Source: Verrucomicrobiota bacterium
GTDB taxonomy: Bacteria > Verrucomicrobiota > Verrucomicrobiia > Limisphaerales > AAA164-E04
DNA length: 64,000 nucleotides
Assembly (NCBI GenBank): GCA_047947115.1
Contig: CP170459.1
Coordinates: forward strand, 3,008,001 to 3,072,000
Reading direction: 5' to 3'
The notes beneath the pieces were generated by a model. It did no database searches. It was not told the origin of the DNA and saw nothing but the letters and a program-made list of their open reading frames with translations. The position numbers and the translations under genes are program-made. Below, one piece after another: positions 10,264 to 19,740 of this stretch (positions are counted from its first letter, which is position 1; the number at the start of each line of letters is the position of its first letter).

Positions 10264-11261
10264 CAACGCCAACAAAGCCCAGCGCCAAGGAGGTTTGGCG
10301 TGCCATAGAAAATGTGGCCCTTTCTGGAGCTGTGGAAGCCATGTGGCGTCAGTGGTTAGGAGATGGATTTCCAACGATCAGGAGTGGCTTTTTCCGCGCC
10401 TTTGAAAAGCCTGCAGAAGTTTATCCATGCCCAGGGTACTGCGGATGCCAGCATGATGTCATCTGCCACGATGACGGAAAGATCGTTGGTGTGTGTTCGT
10501 GTGATCCTTGGAACTGTGACGACATCAAACTGACCAAGCAGGATTTGGTTGTCTATGGACTTAGCTTGAACAAATTGAGCCTGTCTTTGGCCAGAGCCTT
10601 CGGATTTGAAACAACACCCCTGAATCCCACTCCTGGGGCGCAATTGAACCAAATCGGGACTTTCGGGGGACAGCGGATGCCGATCCTGCTTTGTGTTTGG
10701 AATAATTGGGAACCCTTTTACAACGTCCTTACCGAGCGAGTGGCCAGAATGCGCGATCCCTTTATCCTCCTTACCCCAACAGGGAGGCGCTTGGATCCAC
10801 ACTGCCGGGAACTGTTGACCGCGACCAATTCGGGGGCCTTTGCCCTTGATGAACATGTCAACATTCTTGGAAACGGCACCCTTCATTGCCCTCAATCTGC
10901 CGGTCAGTTGTTTTCCGCATACTTGCCCAAAGAACTCGAAGCAGCGGACCAAAGTGAAGCCTCTCGGGTCATTGCGATGCTCCAGCAATTACGATCCGAA
11001 CACGTCGGACAGAAAGCCGCGCTTTACGAGGTTTTTTCCTATTTGGTGCTGGATGGCTGTTCCCAAAAGGAAACGGCCCGGCGGTGTAAATGTTCCACCG
11101 GATTGATCTCCCAACGAGTCGCAGAACTTGAATTGAGATTCAACGGCCTGTCAGTGGAGCAGTTACGCAACTACGCTTCTGATATTCTGGAGAGTTCCGT
11201 CCTCAAGGGGGATCGCAGGGGCAAAAAACGACCTCATGACCCTCCCAATTCCTTTGATTGA
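10260..11261 (+). CDS. Hypothetical protein with Cys cluster and C-terminal HTH
   Basis: CPGYCGC.H...CSC cluster; SQKETARRCKCSTGLISQR HTH-like segment. Confidence 0.65.
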   Translation: MTTPTKPSAKEVWRAIENVALSGAVEAMWRQWLGDGFPTIRSGFFRAFEKPAEVYPCPGYCGCQHDVICHDDGKIVGVCSCDPWNCDDIKLTKQDLVVYGLSLNKLSLSLARAFGFETTPLNPTPGAQLNQIGTFGGQRMPILLCVWNNWEPFYNVLTERVARMRDPFILLTPTGRRLDPHCRELLTATNSGAFALDEHVNILGNGTLHCPQSAGQLFSAYLPKELEAADQSEASRVIAMLQQLRSEHVGQKAALYEVFSYLVLDGCSQKETARRCKCSTGLISQRVAELELRFNGLSVEQLRNYASDILESSVLKGDRRGKKRPHDPPNSFD

Positions 11262-11302
11262 CCCCAATTTTTGAACGCTTTTTGAACCGTTCATTTTGAT
11301 GC

Positions 11303-11334
11303 AACCACCTGTAACCGCAGGTGGTTATTTTTTT
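11303..11334 (+). terminator. Intrinsic terminator
   Basis: AACCACCTG-TAACCG-CAGGTGGTT stem-loop followed by ATTTTTTT. Confidence 0.7.
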
Positions 11335-11410
11335 GCCTTCGCCCGAAAAATGAACGCTTTCAACAGGGTAGAGACCGCACGCAACAAGGCGGAGGAAACA
11401 AAGGATAAAA

Positions 11411-11611
11411 ATGAAAAAAAGCAACATAGGCAAACCCATGCGAGAAGCACGCCGCAAGCTTGGGTTCACACAACTCGACCTGGCCCGAAAGGTTGGTTGC
11501 GGAGAATCGGTGATCTCCCGAATCGAAACCGGACGCATCTCTCCTGAGTCCTGGCTCAAGGAAAAAGTGGCCAAGGAACTGGGCATCCCGACTTGGGAGG
11601 TAGGGATATGA
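11411..11611 (+). CDS. XRE/Cro-like HTH regulator
   Basis: MREARRKLGFTQLDLARKVG...ISRIETG. Confidence 0.88.
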   Translation: MKKSNIGKPMREARRKLGFTQLDLARKVGCGESVISRIETGRISPESWLKEKVAKELGIPTWEVGI

Positions 11612-11787
11612 TCCGATTTCGGGGACGTCTCATTCGCAAACGACTCACCAAACGCCAAGTCCGTTCCATGCGTATGCGTGATCCCCGCTTTCGGCAATAC
11701 CTGAGCCTGGCCCTGGAAGGAAACAAGGAAGCCATTGCGGACCTGTTCCGTGAATACAGCTTCAAGTTCGGGGAGGAGGAACCATGA
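11608..11787 (+). CDS. Small hypothetical phage protein
   Basis: GGAGG RBS and ATGA overlaps at both ends. Confidence 0.6.
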   Translation: MIRFRGRLIRKRLTKRQVRSMRMRDPRFRQYLSLALEGNKEAIADLFREYSFKFGEEEP

Positions 11788-12185
11788 ACAACATCGAGAC
11801 CTTGATCCAGGCTGCGATGGAGGCCCCCTCTGAACAACGAGAACAGGCCTTACGCCTTCTCCAAGGGAACCTCCCCAAGCCCGAGCCTTACCTCACTTTG
11901 CGTGAGCTCAGCCGAAAGATCGGATTTGGAGTCACCACGCTTAGGCGGTGGAACATCCCGCGTCACGACCTAGGCGGAACACAACGTTACCGCTTGGGAG
12001 AAGTGGAAGCCTACCTGAGAAGCGATGAATTTACACGGCGTCAAGCCGCCCTTCGAGCCGAACGGCGTAACGCACGTCACACAGAGCAATCGGGTTGCGG
12101 CAAGAACCGCTCCCGGTCTGGGATTTCACGCCGTTCAGCCCGACCAAATCACAATAAACCCAAAAAACAGAAAGGAAACAAATAG
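11784..12185 (+). CDS. Excisionase-like HTH protein
   Basis: YLTLRELSRKIGFGVTTLRRW...RYRLGEVEAYL (HTH_17/Xis-like). Confidence 0.65.
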   Translation: MNNIETLIQAAMEAPSEQREQALRLLQGNLPKPEPYLTLRELSRKIGFGVTTLRRWNIPRHDLGGTQRYRLGEVEAYLRSDEFTRRQAALRAERRNARHTEQSGCGKNRSRSGISRRSARPNHNKPKKQKGNK

Positions 12186-12186
12186 T

Positions 12187-12837
12187 ATGGCCGTATTACA
12201 ACAGCCCGTAATCCACACCAATCCGTTCGCACAACAGATTGGAGACGCCCTCGCTCCTGCGGGGACCTACATCGCAACCATCCTGGACATCCATGATGAG
12301 TTTGGAGTCAGCCGACAGAAGTTCCAAAGCCAGGAAATCGAAAAAGTTGATCTGACTTGCTTCCTCTTTGGATTCCGAGACGCACAGGGTCAACCCAACA
12401 AAGTGGCCAGCCGACAGATGAAAATCTCAGGCAACGAGAAATCCGCTCTGTTCGGATTTTTGAAAAGCCTGATGGGCCGCGCTCCCTCCTTTGGCTGGGA
12501 TTACTGCGCACTGAAAGGAGCCAAGTGCCTACTGACGGTCGAACATGTCCAACGCCGTGATGGTAATGGTGTGTTCGCTTCGATTGCCGCGCTTTCTCCA
12601 CTACCTGCCGGATACGATCAGCCTGGGCAAGTTGCTCCACAGCCCATGCCGACGGTTCAACCGGTGGCCCAAGCTCCGGTTCAGCCGACGACACCCTTGG
12701 CCGCTTATCCAACACCTCAGGCCCTTGCGCCTGAACCCTCACCGCAGCCTTCACCTGCGGCATCCCTCCCACCGGCTCCCGCCGCTCCTGCTGTGGCGCC
12801 GAGCGTAACGACCAACGATGACGATGTTCCATTCTGA
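12187..12837 (+). CDS. Putative phage ssDNA-binding protein
   Basis: Compact N-terminal domain, Pro/Ala/Gln linker and an acidic tail DDDVPF; located in the replication module. Confidence 0.6.
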   Translation: MAVLQQPVIHTNPFAQQIGDALAPAGTYIATILDIHDEFGVSRQKFQSQEIEKVDLTCFLFGFRDAQGQPNKVASRQMKISGNEKSALFGFLKSLMGRAPSFGWDYCALKGAKCLLTVEHVQRRDGNGVFASIAALSPLPAGYDQPGQVAPQPMPTVQPVAQAPVQPTTPLAAYPTPQALAPEPSPQPSPAASLPPAPAAPAVAPSVTTNDDDVPF

Positions 12838-12840
12838 GAT

Positions 12841-13659
12841 ATGGCCGTTCTAACCAAAGCAAAAGTTCCGTCGGGCCACTGGTATCGGTCCGACGGGACT
12901 CCCGCTCATAAACTCCCTACGGCCGATGGTCGTGGAGAACGTGCAACCACGGTGCGTGATGCCAAGCGTTTGGGCTTATTCCCGAGCGTCACCAGCATAC
13001 TTGGTATTTTGGCAAAGCCCGGACTGGAAAAGTGGAAGCTTAACCAGGTCGCTCTGGCAACCCTTCGCACGCCCAAGCAAACCGAAGAGTCCGAAGACTA
13101 CTGGTGCGGTCGTGTGCGTAACGTTGCGTTTGAGCAAGTCGAGCAAGCTGCCGACCTGGGAACGATGATCCATGGGGCTCTCGAACTGGCGATGAACGGT
13201 GAACCCTACGCCGATGACATGCGCCCGTATGTCGAACCTGTCATTGCGTGGAAGGAGCAAACCGGGATCGAGATCATCGAACGCGAAGTGCGATTGGTAA
13301 ACCAACAGCATGGGTTTGCCGGAACCGCAGACGTGTTCTTCCGATACGGGCAGCAGGGTATTGGCATCCTCGACTACAAAACCCGTAAAACTAAACCGGG
13401 AGAAAAGGTCGAGGCCTACGACAACCAGGCGATGCAGTTGGCAGCCTATGGCGCAACTTACTGGGGCGAAGAAAACCTCCCTCGCCTCCTTGCCGCCAAT
13501 GTCTTCATCTCGACGACCGAACCCGGGCGCATTGAGGTCGTCAAGCATCCGGATGTGGTCCGAGATTGGCAGGCCTTCAAGTTGGTTGCCTCGCTCTGGC
13601 GTTATCAGAAGGGCTATGACCCTCGCCAACATCAAACCCTCAACCAACCGGCGGCATGA
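12841..13659 (+). CDS. PD-(D/E)XK exonuclease
   Basis: PSVTSIL, GTMIH, E...FAGTAD...ILDYKT and QLAAY motifs. Confidence 0.85.
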   Translation: MAVLTKAKVPSGHWYRSDGTPAHKLPTADGRGERATTVRDAKRLGLFPSVTSILGILAKPGLEKWKLNQVALATLRTPKQTEESEDYWCGRVRNVAFEQVEQAADLGTMIHGALELAMNGEPYADDMRPYVEPVIAWKEQTGIEIIEREVRLVNQQHGFAGTADVFFRYGQQGIGILDYKTRKTKPGEKVEAYDNQAMQLAAYGATYWGEENLPRLLAANVFISTTEPGRIEVVKHPDVVRDWQAFKLVASLWRYQKGYDPRQHQTLNQPAA

Positions 13660-15488
13660 TCAAGGATACCAAGATCGTTACGCCTGGGGAGTGGGTAGAA
13701 GTTGAATGTCCGGACTTGGTCTCGGTTGACTTCGAGACATTCTACACTTCCTCCTACTCGGTCTCGGAACTCGGGCACTGGGCCTACACCCATGATGCCC
13801 GGTTCCAGGCCTACCTCGTTGCTGTCAGTGACGGCGAACGGACCTGCGTCTGTGCTCCGGGTGAATTTCCCTGGGCCAGTATCGTGCGGCGGTTTTGGGT
13901 AAGCCACAATCGGGATTTTGATCGCTCAGTCTTTGAGCGACTCCAGGTCCTGGGGCAGATCCCCAAGGATCGGATCGCACCCAAAGAATGGCACTGCACT
14001 GCCGCCTTGTGTGCTTTTCTGCAGTTTCCCCGGGATTTGGCCGGAGCTGTCAAAGCGGTCTTTGATCACACCGTGGACAAAGCCCCGCGTAAGAAAGCAA
14101 AGGGCGTATCGCCTGTCAGCGACGAGCTTCTCGCCCGCGAGATGCAGCTCTACGCCGCTCAGGACGCGTTTTGGTGCCTGCGCCTTTGGAACCACCTTGA
14201 GCGTCATTGGTCGGCACCCGAGAGGCAGCTTTTTGAACTGACCTCCCAGATGGGAAGGCATGGCCTCGGGCTTAACTGGGATTATGTCCGTGCCAAACGA
14301 AAGGAACTGGAAGAGTTAGTCGAATCCATCGCCAACGTCCTGCCTTGGAAACCGGCGACTTCGCTCAAACAGTTTGGCGAAGCCTGCGAACGGATCGGTG
14401 TTGCTCCTCCTGCTTCGACCTCAAACGCTGATCCCCGTTTTCATCGCTGGATTCGAAAGAACATCGATTCCGATGCGGCGTTGTGGGTTCGTCACATGCA
14501 ACGTATTCGTTCGGCCAACCGCACGGCGAAGGTGCTCGAAGCCATGGAAAAGCGTCGTATGCCAAATGAGCGCATGGCTTATGAACTCAAATACTTCGGA
14601 GCCACCACAGGACGTTGGTCCGGAGGCGGCGGCTTGAACCTCCAGAATCTTAACCGAAAAAGCAATGAAGGAGTCGACCTGCGCCAAGCGATCATCCCGC
14701 CTAAAGGACATGTCCTGGGTGTTCTGGACTACAGTCAAATCGAGAACAGGGTCTTGCTCTACCTGGCGGGCGACACCGAGGCCTTGGCCCAGTTCCGGAA
14801 CAATCCGGATGCCGACGCTTACGAAATCCACGCTCGTCGAACGATGGGCTATGACCGGGAAGAATCGCTCAAAGATTACTGCGACCAGAGTGGATCCAAT
14901 CTGAGGCAACTCGCCAAGGCCCGTGTTCTTGGTCTGGGTTTTGGATGCGGGTGGCGCAAGTTTATTGAAGTGGCCCGAGTGATGGCTGGGTTGGAACTCA
15001 GCGAGAACGCTTCCAGAACAGTCGTCGAAGAATTCCGCAGATCCAATCCGCTTATCGTCGGACTCTGGGGTCGATTGCACGATGCCTGTTCGGCCCGTCA
15101 TGGAGAACACTACGCACTACCGCTTCCCTGCATGCAGCAGAACGCTACGCTTAAACGTTACCTTTTTTACCGCGATGTCTGCCTCCGGGATAAGGACATC
15201 ATCGTGACCGTCGGCGGCGACCGGGTTAAAGTTTACGGAGGTCTGATTGCTGAAAATTGGACTCAAGCAACGGCTCGCGACGTTTTGGCTTCGGCCTGGA
15301 TTCGTTGTTCGCAAGCCGGGTTTGTCCCCGTGCTTAGCGTGCATGACGAACTGGTTTTTGAACTCCCGCAATCAACTGCCGAACAGGACCTCGGCAAGAT
15401 CATTTCCATCATGGAACAACCTTTGCCGTGGGCTTCTCACCTCCCTCTGAAGGTCGAAGGGAAGCTCATGGATCACTACACTAAATAA
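13656..15488 (+). CDS. Phage family A DNA polymerase
   Basis: DFET exonuclease motif, TTGRWS, DYSQIE (motif A), RQLAKARVLGLGFG (motif B) and VHDE (motif C). Confidence 0.92.
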   Translation: MIKDTKIVTPGEWVEVECPDLVSVDFETFYTSSYSVSELGHWAYTHDARFQAYLVAVSDGERTCVCAPGEFPWASIVRRFWVSHNRDFDRSVFERLQVLGQIPKDRIAPKEWHCTAALCAFLQFPRDLAGAVKAVFDHTVDKAPRKKAKGVSPVSDELLAREMQLYAAQDAFWCLRLWNHLERHWSAPERQLFELTSQMGRHGLGLNWDYVRAKRKELEELVESIANVLPWKPATSLKQFGEACERIGVAPPASTSNADPRFHRWIRKNIDSDAALWVRHMQRIRSANRTAKVLEAMEKRRMPNERMAYELKYFGATTGRWSGGGGLNLQNLNRKSNEGVDLRQAIIPPKGHVLGVLDYSQIENRVLLYLAGDTEALAQFRNNPDADAYEIHARRTMGYDREESLKDYCDQSGSNLRQLAKARVLGLGFGCGWRKFIEVARVMAGLELSENASRTVVEEFRRSNPLIVGLWGRLHDACSARHGEHYALPLPCMQQNATLKRYLFYRDVCLRDKDIIVTVGGDRVKVYGGLIAENWTQATARDVLASAWIRCSQAGFVPVLSVHDELVFELPQSTAEQDLGKIISIMEQPLPWASHLPLKVEGKLMDHYTK

Positions 15489-15493
15489 CCTTT

Positions 15494-16384
15494 ATGGCAA
15501 TACTTTACCCGTTTTCGAACTTAACGGCTGAACGCCTTAAAACCATCCCAAGCCCCGGTGGCACTCACCGCTGGTTGGCCCAGGTCGCCAGTGGATTAAA
15601 CCGCACCTTGTCGGCTGAAAAATGCGCCGCCTTTCTACGCCGGTGCTGTGATGCATTTGTCCATCATCGCCCGGTTCCGGATAGCGAGATCGAGGGGGCG
15701 ATCCAACTTGCATACGGATCGCAGACGAAGGTTCAAAATAACTTCGGCCGTCAACCCGTCGAGTGGCCGGAACCGGAGCTGCCGATTATTACAAAAGTTC
15801 TGTCCGACGTTACGCCTCGATTTGACCCTGTGCTTGATACTGGCCTCAAAGCGCATGACGTGCTTCCAAAACTATTCCTTCCCGGGGAACTTGTCTGCAC
15901 TGGTCGAGTTGCAGAACAGGCCATCGTGCGTCCGCTTGAAGAAACTCTCCACGACGCTCAGTGGGCTCAGTTCATCGTTCTTAATCCGATGCGCCAACGA
16001 ACCGGAGTCAACAACCAGGGTAAACCATCGGCACGTTGTCAGAACAACACCGCCATGCGCCGTTACCTGGTTGCTGAGTTTGATGCTCCGAACTTGAGCA
16101 AAGAACAACAGGCGCAGTTGATCACCAAACTGTCCACCTTCGCCCCTCTTGTGATGGTGGTTGATTCCGGAGGCAAGAGTCTTCACGGGTGGTTTCAAGT
16201 CGATCATTACAACGCCAAGGACCAGGTGCGGTTCTTCTGCCTGGCCTGCCTCCTGGGGGCTGATCCGACGCGCTGGGACATCTGTGGATGGCTTCGCATG
16301 CCTGGCGGTATGAGGGCGGTTGAAGGACGCCCATCAGTTCGTCAGCGCATTCTTTTTTTCCATCAGGAGGTGCCCCATGGCTGA
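15494..16384 (+). CDS. Putative AEP/RepB-like primase
   Basis: YLVAEFD, VVDSGGKSLHGWF and LRMPGG motifs; sits between the polymerase and the helicase. Confidence 0.7.
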   Translation: MAILYPFSNLTAERLKTIPSPGGTHRWLAQVASGLNRTLSAEKCAAFLRRCCDAFVHHRPVPDSEIEGAIQLAYGSQTKVQNNFGRQPVEWPEPELPIITKVLSDVTPRFDPVLDTGLKAHDVLPKLFLPGELVCTGRVAEQAIVRPLEETLHDAQWAQFIVLNPMRQRTGVNNQGKPSARCQNNTAMRRYLVAEFDAPNLSKEQQAQLITKLSTFAPLVMVVDSGGKSLHGWFQVDHYNAKDQVRFFCLACLLGADPTRWDICGWLRMPGGMRAVEGRPSVRQRILFFHQEVPHG

Positions 16385-17603
16385 TGCATTACCCTTGGAA
16401 ATCCTGATGGCCGAGTTCTTGTCCGACGGCTGGCATGAACGGATTGAAGAACAAGTCAAGAAGGTCAAACTGGTCCCGTCTGCAAAGAAGCTTCGTGCCT
16501 TTACCACTCGAAAGCAGGAGGACAATCCCAATGAGCTGATCGAGCACCGGTTCCTCTACCGGGGTGGTGTCTGCCTACTACTCGGCCCAACGGGCATTGG
16601 GAAGTCATCCCTACTGATGCAACTGGCAATCAACTTCTCCGTCGGCAAGCCACTTTTCGGAATCACGCCTGGAAGCACTTACCGTAAAACTGGGATGAAC
16701 ATTCTCCTGGTCCAAGCGGAGAACGATGATGACGATCTGACCGAAATGCGGGACGGTGTCTTTGCCGGTTGTGAACTCAACGAGGAGGATGCCGATCGGG
16801 CATTGGATCAAATCACCGTCAGCACGATCAACGATAAGAGTAGCGACGGCTTTGCTCTCGCGCTGGATGGACTCCTGGACGAATACGGGCCTTTTGATCT
16901 GGTCATGATTGATCCGGCCTTCGCCTACCTCGGTGGAGATAGCAACAGCCAGAAGGAAGTCAGCCATTTCATGCGAGAGCTGCTAAACCCACTCCTCCAG
17001 CGTTACAAGGTAGGGTTGATCCTCGCCCATCACACGAACAAACCTCTTCGGGGAAAGGAGAAGGATAACTGGGCGGCGGGAGACTACGCCTACCTGGGTG
17101 CCGGGTCGGCGGAATGGATCAACCCCGCCCGAGCCGCCCTTGCGCTTCGCTCTATCGGTTCGGACACCGTTTTCGAATTGCGGGCTCCCAAACGGGGCAA
17201 GCGGCTTGGTTGGAAAGACGACAATGATCAGTCCACGGTCACCCAGTTGATTGCCCATCACCGTGAGCAAGGCGTCATCTGCTGGCGTGTTGCCGAGGCC
17301 TCGGAGGTCGAGGAAATGGCCTCGGAGGATAAGGACGCCGGTCGGCGTCGTAGCTGCGATCTGACGGAGATCCTTCATTGCATTGAGGCCAACCCCAACG
17401 AGAACCAGGGGTTTTACAAGGAGCTGGCCAGCGAGGCCATGGGATGCTCCCAGCAGGCGGTTCAAAGAGCCATCCAACATTGCCTTCAGGAGGGGTGGGT
17501 TCGCTTCAAAGAACAGGGTCGAAATCGACTCTATCGGATCACAAAAAAGGGCCAAAAAAAGGCCTCAGAACGCCCAAATGCCCATGACTGGAAAAATGAA
17601 TGA
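16377..17603 (+). CDS. RepA/AAA_25-type replicative helicase
   Basis: Walker A GPTGIGKS, Walker B LVMIDP, LAHHTNK; AGGAGG RBS before ATG 16377. Confidence 0.85.
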   Translation: MADALPLEILMAEFLSDGWHERIEEQVKKVKLVPSAKKLRAFTTRKQEDNPNELIEHRFLYRGGVCLLLGPTGIGKSSLLMQLAINFSVGKPLFGITPGSTYRKTGMNILLVQAENDDDDLTEMRDGVFAGCELNEEDADRALDQITVSTINDKSSDGFALALDGLLDEYGPFDLVMIDPAFAYLGGDSNSQKEVSHFMRELLNPLLQRYKVGLILAHHTNKPLRGKEKDNWAAGDYAYLGAGSAEWINPARAALALRSIGSDTVFELRAPKRGKRLGWKDDNDQSTVTQLIAHHREQGVICWRVAEASEVEEMASEDKDAGRRRSCDLTEILHCIEANPNENQGFYKELASEAMGCSQQAVQRAIQHCLQEGWVRFKEQGRNRLYRITKKGQKKASERPNAHDWKNE

Positions 17604-17694
17604 ATCGAAATTGGTTTTAAGCGATTTGATTCTTGCGAAAGACGCTCAACATTAACTGCTACCACATGAAAAAATGTTTCAACATAATCAGCTC

Positions 17695-17749
17695 TGATTC
17701 ATATGAATCGAATCACCGCCCCCTAAAGGGGGGGCGTTTGATTCGATTC
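17695..17749. other. Candidate replication origin / palindrome
   Basis: GAATCGAATCA-C-CGCCCCC-TAAA-GGGGGGGCG-TT-TGATTCGATTC inverted repeat with nearby GAATC/GATTC iterons. Confidence 0.5.
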
Positions 17750-17799
17750 TATTCGGGCGATGCCGATTTTTCGTCGGCCTTAAACGTGGGAGGTTGGCT

Positions 17800-18192
17800 G
17801 TGAGTTTGTCACCCACGCAACGTACGCTTCGAGCTCTACGGGAGCAAGGCTTGATTTGCGCTATCGTCGAAAAATGGAATCCCTACGGAGGGCCTCAAGG
17901 CATCCGGCAGGATCTCTTCGGCATCATCGATGTCCTGGCTTTGGACCCGCAACGTGGCATCGTCGGCGTCCAGTCAACGGGCAACGACTTCGCCGGTCAC
18001 ATGCGAAAGCTGACCGAGCAACGAGCTCAGGAATGCCTGGACTGGCTTTCGACTCCTGGCGCTGTGCTCGAACTCTGGGCATGGCGCAAGGTCAAGGCCA
18101 AGCGAGGAGGCAAGCTCCTGCTCTGGCAACCTCGTGTCGCCATTCTGCAAGCATCGGATTTCAAGCAGGAGGAAGGAGGAGCAACCGCATGA
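17800..18192 (+). CDS. PD-(D/E)XK endonuclease / resolvase-like protein
   Basis: DLFGIIDVLAL...VGVQST motif; GGAGG RBS before GTG. Confidence 0.65.
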   Translation: MSLSPTQRTLRALREQGLICAIVEKWNPYGGPQGIRQDLFGIIDVLALDPQRGIVGVQSTGNDFAGHMRKLTEQRAQECLDWLSTPGAVLELWAWRKVKAKRGGKLLLWQPRVAILQASDFKQEEGGATA

Positions 18193-18716
18193 GCAACGAA
18201 TTTCATGACGATTGGATTCCTGACAACATCGATCCGCTCGATGCCCCAGATCAGGACTTCGACTGGGATAAGCTGTACGAACATCTGAACGAAGGTGTAA
18301 AAGGCCCGCAAACCGATCCAGAATTGGCTCAGGCTGTCGTTCGGCTTCTGCACCTGCTCCTACCGCCCAAGACAGGGCAAAGGCTCCAGGCGAAGAGTCT
18401 GGGGCTCCGCTTGATCGCCTTGGCTTGGTTGCTCAATCCTGGCTACTTCGAGGGGAGTCCATCCCTGAGGACCTTGGCCAAGCGTTGCGGGATTCGTCTG
18501 GCGTCGTTGGCGAACTACACGGGGCACTACAGTCGCTTGCTCAGATGGCGTAACCGGGCGCAGATCCATGCATGGAACTGGTGTCCCAGACGCCGTCCAC
18601 GTCACCGAGGACGGAAGTTGCAACGAAGGGTGAAGCGTAACGTTCGGAAGTTAGGAAAAGGGGCGAATACCAAGCCTGGATTGGGGATTAGTTCGGGCAA
18701 TGGAAGTAAGGCGTAA
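18189..18716 (+). CDS. Hypothetical HTH protein, candidate late regulator
   Basis: PSLRTLAKRCGIRLASLANY HTH-like segment; last gene of the early/middle block. Confidence 0.45.
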   Translation: MSNEFHDDWIPDNIDPLDAPDQDFDWDKLYEHLNEGVKGPQTDPELAQAVVRLLHLLLPPKTGQRLQAKSLGLRLIALAWLLNPGYFEGSPSLRTLAKRCGIRLASLANYTGHYSRLLRWRNRAQIHAWNWCPRRRPRHRGRKLQRRVKRNVRKLGKGANTKPGLGISSGNGSKA

Positions 18717-18916
18717 CGTTCTGCTTTTAGGTGAAGGATCAAGTTATGAATGGAAAGATAAAGCCCAAGTAGAAGCGTTTGAGAGGCGGTTGGTATGGTT
18801 GATAGAACAGTAAGAGGGACAATGTGTAAAATGGAATATAAAACAGATATAAAACATAAGGAATCTTTTTATAAGACGTTGGCGCACAAGGTTGGGCTTC
18901 AGCCCTGGAAACACGC

Positions 18917-19492
18917 ATGAGCACATCCAAACCAAAAAAACGCGCAGGAGTTCCGCCAAATTCGCAAAAACCCCAGATAAATTGCGCTTTTGACGAGGTT
19001 GTTCCGCTCGAAAAACTCGTCCCAAATCCACGGAACCCGAACCAGCATCCGCCATCGCAAGTCGCGCTTCTTGCCAAGGTAATCGCCCATCAGGGTTGGC
19101 GTTCGCCGATTGTCGTTTCTCGTCGTTCTGGTTTCATCGTCTCCGGTCACGGACGTTTTGAAGCCGCCAAGGCATTGGGGTGCTCGCAAGTGCCGGTCGA
19201 TTATCAGGACTTCAAAACCGACGCGGACGAGTGGGCACATCTGGTCGCCGACAATCGGATTGCGGAGCTTGCCGAAGTTGATGCCAACGGAATCCGAGAA
19301 CTACTCTCCGAACTCAAAGCCGAGGACTTCGATTTGGATTTGGCTGGCTTCGACGCGAGCGCGTTGGAAGGCCTGTTGGCCGAGCCGCAAGAGCCCGAGC
19401 CACCAGAAGATTTCAAGCCAGTCGATGAGGACTTGCCGACCGAGTATCAATGTCCCAAATGCCAGTATCGCTGGAGCGGTAAACCTGCGTGA
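18917..19492 (+). CDS. ParB/Srx N-terminal domain protein with C-terminal CxxC
   Basis: LVPNPRNPNQH, GWRSPIVV, IVSGHGRFEAA, LVADNRIAELA and CPKC motifs. Confidence 0.88.
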   Translation: MSTSKPKKRAGVPPNSQKPQINCAFDEVVPLEKLVPNPRNPNQHPPSQVALLAKVIAHQGWRSPIVVSRRSGFIVSGHGRFEAAKALGCSQVPVDYQDFKTDADEWAHLVADNRIAELAEVDANGIRELLSELKAEDFDLDLAGFDASALEGLLAEPQEPEPPEDFKPVDEDLPTEYQCPKCQYRWSGKPA

Positions 19493-19740
19493 GCGACCCA
19501 TGTTCGAAGGATAAACTAACAGCCCTGCGTCATGCCATTGATGGTATCGATGAGGCAATCTGTGGTTTGATTGCCACTCGGATCGCCCTTTCACATCAAG
19601 CGCAAGAACTCAAACTTCAATCTCGAATCCCGACCTATGACCCACGACGTGAAATCGAAATCCAACAACGATACGAACGCCGATGGTGCGGGGCTTCGAC
19701 CGTTGCCCGCTCCATCTTGAACCTCTGCCGTGAAGACTGA
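19489..19740 (+). CDS. Chorismate mutase (AroQ / CM_2 type)
   Basis: LTALRHAIDGIDEAICGLIATRIALS....LK......YDPRRE matches the AroQ R..ID.ID...L..R......K......D..RE signature. Confidence 0.85.
   Translation: MSDPCSKDKLTALRHAIDGIDEAICGLIATRIALSHQAQELKLQSRIPTYDPRREIEIQQRYERRWCGASTVARSILNLCRED

Noticed and set aside
18720..18916. AT-rich gap as the cos/pac site
   Set aside because: The position is plausible but no sequence feature lets me support it; virion-end sequencing would be needed.
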